Made by a program: the position numbers and the translations under genes | Notes under the pieces: generated by a model | Database searches by the model: none | The model's input: the letters and a program-made list of their open reading frames with translations, nothing else | Told to the model about the DNA's origin: nothing | NCBI GenBank assembly: GCA_016840465.1 | Contig: JAEOSH010000062.1 | Coordinates: forward strand, 1-11,534 | Length of the DNA: 11,534 bases | Direction: 5' to 3' | Source: Candidatus Baldrarchaeum yapensis | GTDB lineage: Archaea; Asgardarchaeota; Baldrarchaeia; Baldrarchaeales; Baldrarchaeaceae | In this document: piece after piece, positions 7,546 through 11,534 of the stretch | Layout of the letters: each line of letters begins with the position of its first letter | Position numbering within the stretch: the stretch's first letter is position 1

Positions 7546-8652
7546 GTGGTTACGGCTCTTAAAAAGAAAGTTTGGGACGTAAACCGGTGCAGTGGATGTG
7601 GGATGTGCGTTTCAACATGTGCAAAGAACGTTATACGCTTTCCCGAGGATGGTGATCAACCGATTTTGGAGGTCAGAGAGAAAAATGTTGGTTTGTCTCA
7701 TGTAGTGGTAGACACTTGCTTTTTCTGTGAAAGACCTTGCGAAGATAGTTGTCCCCGGTTGAAGGAATGGAAAAGTGGACCCGTGATTCGTATGGTTTCC
7801 GCAGTTTCAAAGTTGCCGGATGGCGACGTTATTGATGCGTTGCTGATTTCGGCGCTTAGGCGTGAGCTGATTGACGGGGCAATTATATGGGATGTGGAGA
7901 GAGATTCTTTCAAACCACTACCTAAAGTTGTGACCTCTGAAGATGAAATACTGAAAAGTGCAGGTTATCAGCACTTGTGGTGCCCGATTCTTAAAGCCTT
8001 GAATGACGCAATTTATGGAAGAGGATTAAAAAAGATAGCAGTTGTTGGACCGCCCTGCGTTGCCCAAGCGGTTAAAACCGTGCTATCATCTACAAATGAA
8101 AAGCTTAAGATGTATAGGGAGCGAATACGTTTAACCATCGGACTATTCTGTGACGGTATCTATTCCTATCAACTGGTAACCAACGAAATAGTCAGTAGAT
8201 TTAACATTAAGCCCTACGATATCAACGCGATAAGAGTAGATCTCAGAAATGCATTACTAAGAATCATAATGCACGACGGATCAGAAAAAACAATCCCGTT
8301 GCCGGATGTTCGAAAATACGTGAGGAATGGTTGCGCCCGCTGTACAGATTTTGCATCAGAATGGGCTGATATATCCGTTGGAGATGTGGGATCAGAGAAC
8401 GGAAAAACTACTGTCATTGTTAGAACGCCCATTGGTGAAAAATGCTTGGATTATGCTGTCAGGGAGAGAACCTTAGAGATTGTGGAAAGTCTCGTCAATG
8501 TAGAAGAGATACAAAGGTTTGTTTCGAGCAAGGAGAGAAGAAAACGGGCACAAGAGATAGATTCTCTTCTTCTATCAATGTTAGATGCCCTCTCAGGTGT
8601 AAAAAGTAAAGAGGAGATAGAAGAAATGCTAAAATCGATTGGGAGGAGATAA
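7546..8652 (+). CDS. FrhB/FdhB-family (F420 hydrogenase/dehydrogenase beta subunit-like) protein with N-terminal ferredoxin domain
   Basis: CSGCGMCVSTC and CFFCERPCEDSCP; IAVVGPPC, IGLFC, GCARCTDFASEWADISVGDVG, TTVIVRT. The track's start GTG 7537 lies inside a perfect SD GAGGTGA (7534-7540), so in-frame GTG 7546 is the likelier start. Confidence 0.88.
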   Translation: MVTALKKKVWDVNRCSGCGMCVSTCAKNVIRFPEDGDQPILEVREKNVGLSHVVVDTCFFCERPCEDSCPRLKEWKSGPVIRMVSAVSKLPDGDVIDALLISALRRELIDGAIIWDVERDSFKPLPKVVTSEDEILKSAGYQHLWCPILKALNDAIYGRGLKKIAVVGPPCVAQAVKTVLSSTNEKLKMYRERIRLTIGLFCDGIYSYQLVTNEIVSRFNIKPYDINAIRVDLRNALLRIIMHDGSEKTIPLPDVRKYVRNGCARCTDFASEWADISVGDVGSENGKTTVIVRTPIGEKCLDYAVRERTLEIVESLVNVEEIQRFVSSKERRKRAQEIDSLLLSMLDALSGVKSKEEIEEMLKSIGRR

Positions 8653-8655
8653 GCT

Positions 8656-9315
8656 ATGGAATATAAAATAGATGCAAGCAATAAAGACCTAAAAACGGTA
8701 AATTCTGAGATTAGAAAAGCAATTAAGAACGGGGTTGAGAAGATAATAGTTAAAAATGCTTCTCATATTCATGGTCTTGCGGCAGGGTTAAAAGGCGGTA
8801 CTATTATCATAAACGGAGATGTGGGAGACTACACAGCCGCGTTAAATGATGGTGCAACAATTATCATAAACGGCAATGCCGGTAAATTCTTGGCCGATAA
8901 CATGACTAAGGGCACGGTCATTGTTAATGGAAATGCAGGATATGGAGCCGCAGTCTATTGTTATGGTGGATTAGTTGTAATACGCGGAGATGCTGGAGAT
9001 TTCTTAGGTGCTTTGAATAAGGGCGCAACGATATTAGTTGCGGGGAATGCTGGAAACGAAGTGGGAACTTACATGGTGGGAGGAGAAATAATAATAGTTG
9101 GAGACGTGGGTAAAAACGTGGGCAATTGGTTTATTCGCGGTAGCATTTTTGTTGGAGGAAAATGGCAAAGCTTAGGGAATAATTGCAAAGAGGTGCCGAT
9201 GGAGAGTGAAGATATAAGGAGACTTGAGGAGTATTTCAACAAGTATGATATAAGCGCGAATCCGGAAAAATTTAAGAAACTAGTGCCCATTTCGGTGAAG
9301 CCATTCTATAAATAG
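8656..9315 (+). CDS. gltB3: Glutamate synthase GXGXG beta-helix subunit (GltB domain 3/FwdC-like)
   Basis: Repeating INGDVGDYTA, INGNAGKFLA, VNGNAGYGAA, IRGDAGDFLG, VAGNAGNEVG, IVGDVGKNVG units. SD GGAGG 8642-8646; directly upstream of the FMN subunit. Confidence 0.88.
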   Translation: MEYKIDASNKDLKTVNSEIRKAIKNGVEKIIVKNASHIHGLAAGLKGGTIIINGDVGDYTAALNDGATIIINGNAGKFLADNMTKGTVIVNGNAGYGAAVYCYGGLVVIRGDAGDFLGALNKGATILVAGNAGNEVGTYMVGGEIIIVGDVGKNVGNWFIRGSIFVGGKWQSLGNNCKEVPMESEDIRRLEEYFNKYDISANPEKFKKLVPISVKPFYK

Positions 9316-9329
9316 GGGGTGAAAGTGAG

Positions 9330-10850
9330 ATGCCCATATTAGGAGCTTATTGTGTTACAATGGACAAGGAACGTTGTATTAGTTGGAAAATGCCTGGAAA
9401 GTGTTCGACCTGTGTAATGGTGTGTCCAAATTCTGTCTTTTCAGTAGATGATTCGGGCAGAGTTTACGTGCTTAATGATTTGGCGTGCGTTGGTTGTAGG
9501 ATTTGTGTTGAAAATTGTCCTAATAACGTGATCCATATCCGGCCGGCCGAACCTGAACGCTTCTCAAGAGGACTATGGACGTATCAGACAATTGAGGAGA
9601 TTCATTACAAAGCTGAAACCGGAAAATACCTACTCAGAGGATATGGAACCATGGGATTATTGCCGCATTTCGATGACTTGGTTATTGTACCAGCTCACCT
9701 TTATCCACCTCTCCCTAAAGACAAATATAGGGAAGAATGTAAAATGGATGTTGTAATCGGCGAAGGAAGGGTGAAAAAGCCTTTAAAGCTTAAAATACCC
9801 GTTATGTTTGCTGCCATGTCATACGGAGCCATTTCAAGAGAGGCTAAGATAGCTATAGCTATAGCAACTGCTAAAATGGGAATTGCTGCGTGTACTGGTG
9901 AAGGAGGTTCTTTTCCCGAGGAATATTATCTTGCACATGGATATAAGAATGAAGAAGATTTCAAGCATGGCAAGAAAACATACGAACCCGGTGGATATTT
10001 GATAGTTCAGTGGGCTAGTGGCAGATGGGGAGTTTCTATCGATTACCTCAACAGATCAGACGCTATCGAAATTAAAATAGGACAAGGAGCAAAACCCGGC
10101 ATGGGCGGTCACCTACTTGGAGAAAAGGTTACGGAGGAAATAGCTAAGATCCGTGGCATACCAGTTGGTACAGACTGCCTTTCACCATGCCGACACTACG
10201 ACATTTATGATGTTAAAGAAGATTTGAAAAAACAAATCGAACTTCTTCGGGATGTAACAGACTATGAAAAGCCAATTATCGTAAAAATAGGTCCTGGAAG
10301 AGTATATAAAGATGTTAAAATTGCTGCCGAAGCAGGTGCGGACGCTATCGCCATAGATGGGATGCAGGGCGGAACAGGAGCCTCACCAGAACTTGCAATT
10401 CAAACTGCTGGAATTCCAACAATAGCGTGTATCCCGCTTGCCGCTAAAGCACTCGAAGATTTAGGTTTACGTGATGAAGTGAAAATTATAGCAATGGGCG
10501 GAATCCGTAATGGGGCGGATGTGGTAAAAGCTTTAGCACTAGGTGCTGATTGCGTAGCGATAGCTTCTGCAGCCTTAATTGCAATGGGGTGTCGTGTCTG
10601 TACGCAATGTCTTAAGGGAAGATGCCCATACGGTATAACATCTCAAGACCCAGAACTTCGAAAGAGGCTCCAACCAGAAAAAGCTGCTGAGCGACTGGTC
10701 AACTTCTTAAAAGCTATATCCGAGGAGATAAAAATGCTTACGATGCTTGCGGGTCACGACGATATTCATGAACTATCGAAAGAGGATCTACGAGCCTTAG
10801 ATCTCAATGTTGCAGCCATGACTGGTGTAAAGTTTGTGGGCTGGCCCTAA
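9330..10850 (+). CDS. gltB2: Glutamate synthase FMN-binding subunit (GltB domain 2) with N-terminal 2x[4Fe-4S] ferredoxin domain
   Basis: HFDDLVIVPA, AAMSYGAIS, TGEGG, ASGRWGV, EIKIGQGAKPGMGGHL, DGMQGGTGASP, GGIRNGADVVKALALGAD, GCRVCTQCLKGRCPYGITSQDPELR. SD GGGGGTGA 9315-9322. Confidence 0.93.
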   Translation: MPILGAYCVTMDKERCISWKMPGKCSTCVMVCPNSVFSVDDSGRVYVLNDLACVGCRICVENCPNNVIHIRPAEPERFSRGLWTYQTIEEIHYKAETGKYLLRGYGTMGLLPHFDDLVIVPAHLYPPLPKDKYREECKMDVVIGEGRVKKPLKLKIPVMFAAMSYGAISREAKIAIAIATAKMGIAACTGEGGSFPEEYYLAHGYKNEEDFKHGKKTYEPGGYLIVQWASGRWGVSIDYLNRSDAIEIKIGQGAKPGMGGHLLGEKVTEEIAKIRGIPVGTDCLSPCRHYDIYDVKEDLKKQIELLRDVTDYEKPIIVKIGPGRVYKDVKIAAEAGADAIAIDGMQGGTGASPELAIQTAGIPTIACIPLAAKALEDLGLRDEVKIIAMGGIRNGADVVKALALGADCVAIASAALIAMGCRVCTQCLKGRCPYGITSQDPELRKRLQPEKAAERLVNFLKAISEEIKMLTMLAGHDDIHELSKEDLRALDLNVAAMTGVKFVGWP

Positions 10851-10855
10851 GTTAC

Positions 10856-10922
10856 TCAATTGGTTCCAACTAATAGTTCCAATTGACGATGAGATGTGTA
10901 ACTTATTTTTATTCAACTTTTC
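10856..10922 (+). terminator. Putative terminator of the hdr-glt operon
   Basis: Hairpin TCAATTGG(10856-63)/CCAATTGA(10879-86) with inner AACT/AGTT stem begins 5 nt after the stop, followed by T-rich TTATTTTTATTCAACTTTTC (10903-10922). Confidence 0.45.
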
Positions 10923-10938
10923 AAATTTTGTCCAACTT

Positions 10939-10957
10939 GAGGCTGTTTCATAATTTT
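10939..10957 (+). repeat. Right copy of a degenerate direct repeat (GAGGCTGTTTCATAATTTT)
   Basis: 17/19 identical to 1138-1156. Confidence 0.55.
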
Positions 10958-11254
10958 GAATCGGAAAGAGAAATCTTGCTTAATGCGAGCCGCCTCACAA
11001 AATGTTACAAAAATCGGCAAAAATCTGCTTTCACAATTTGTAAGAACAACTTGCCTTTCGTAAAATATGGAACACCCTACATACCTTGGAGGGTGTAACC
11101 CCAAGCGGAAAGGGTAGCATGCCGGTGTTCTGGCAGTATTTCCGCATTTAGAGTTCTTCGGTCGACTTTTCGAATCCTGCATGTTATTATGTTTCAACGT
11201 TGTTTTGATGGTATGATGATTGGAAAGCCGATCTCGTTACCACGATATGTGGGC

Positions 11255-11262
11255 TTTAAATA
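11255..11262 (+). promoter_or_regulatory. Putative TATA box for the terminal ORF
   Basis: TTTAAATA about 27 nt upstream of the first in-frame GTG (11289). Confidence 0.45.
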
Positions 11263-11288
11263 CTGAGGTTCCATACAATTAGTGGGTC

Positions 11289-11534
11289 GTGGTGGTCGCG
11301 GTGGACTCCGCCGAGGAGGTTGCGCGGAAGGCCCTGGAACTCCTCCCCCAGATCCTGAAGGAACGGCCGGACCTGGCGTTTAAACTCTACGAGGAGTTAA
11401 GGAAGCACTTCGTGCCCCGCGACGCCTTCGAGAAATTTCTTGAAAGGTTCGACGCCGCCCTCCGCGAGATGAAGGAGATAAGGGAGGAGTACAACCGAAG
11501 GTTCGAGGAACTGCGGAGGGAAATGAACCAGAGG
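11289..11534 (+). CDS. 5' part of a coiled-coil protein, probably the archaeal coiled-coil plus PD-(D/E)XK nuclease-like type (DUF3782-like); truncated by the window end and absent from the ORF track
   Basis: Open frame after TAG 11280-82: VVVAVDSAEEVARKALELLPQILKERPDLAFKLYEELRKHFVPRDAFEKFLERFDAALREMKEIREEYNRRFEELRREMNQR. Start is GTG 11289, 11292 or 11301. Charged helical repeat pattern and strong coding-like codon bias. The nuclease domain is not visible in the window. Confidence 0.7.
   Translation, partial: MVVAVDSAEEVARKALELLPQILKERPDLAFKLYEELRKHFVPRDAFEKFLERFDAALREMKEIREEYNRRFEELRREMNQR

Noticed and set aside
3610-9290. Short minus-strand ORFs inside hdrA, hdrC, hdrB, frhB-like and gltB3
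   Set aside because: Antisense to well-supported genes with conserved motifs; no recognisable domains.
2699-10850. Selenocysteine recoding in HdrA/MvhD, or a methanogenesis/sulfate-reduction pathway call
   Set aside because: There is no in-frame TGA and the expected positions are Cys. Hdr genes alone do not imply methanogenesis, and no mcr, apr or dsr genes are in the window.
11169-11180. TTCGAATCCTGC, resembling a tRNA T-loop and 3' T-stem (possible att remnant)
   Set aside because: The upstream bases (GACTT) cannot form the T-stem, there is no cloverleaf, and 12 nt is too short to support an att call.
10883-11197. ORFs 10883..11098 (+) and 10913..11197 (-)
   Set aside because: They overlap each other, the terminator and the structured segment, have no clear SD or motifs, and show non-coding-like composition.
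1-11534. CRISPR array, rRNA, tRNA, transposase or integrase
   Set aside because: No regularly spaced repeats, RNA-gene signatures or recombinase motifs were seen.

Overview
Archaeal genomic window (GAGGTGA-type Shine-Dalgarno sites, TATA-box promoters). The core is an apparently co-transcribed 7-gene, about 8.5 kb redox operon (2389-10850, +). It encodes a small Cys-rich Zn-ribbon/rubredoxin-like protein, a 1150-aa double-module HdrA fused to MvhD, HdrC, HdrB, a ferredoxin-FrhB/FdhB-family protein, and two of the three pieces of the archaeal split glutamate synthase (GXGXG subunit and FMN subunit). No glutamine amidotransferase subunit, hydrogenase or formate dehydrogenase catalytic gene is in the operon. 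Two tandem Lrp/AsnC regulators are transcribed divergently from it. The block is flanked by an atypical HhH-GPD/[4Fe-4S] glycosylase-like gene (left) and the GC-rich 5' part of a coiled-coil protein gene (right). A degenerate 19-bp direct repeat brackets the block. The main candidate for an undescribed system is an Lrp-controlled heterodisulfide reductase coupled to a glutamate-synthase-like flavoenzyme through an FrhB-type adaptor. All family calls come from motif recognition by eye; no database search was run.
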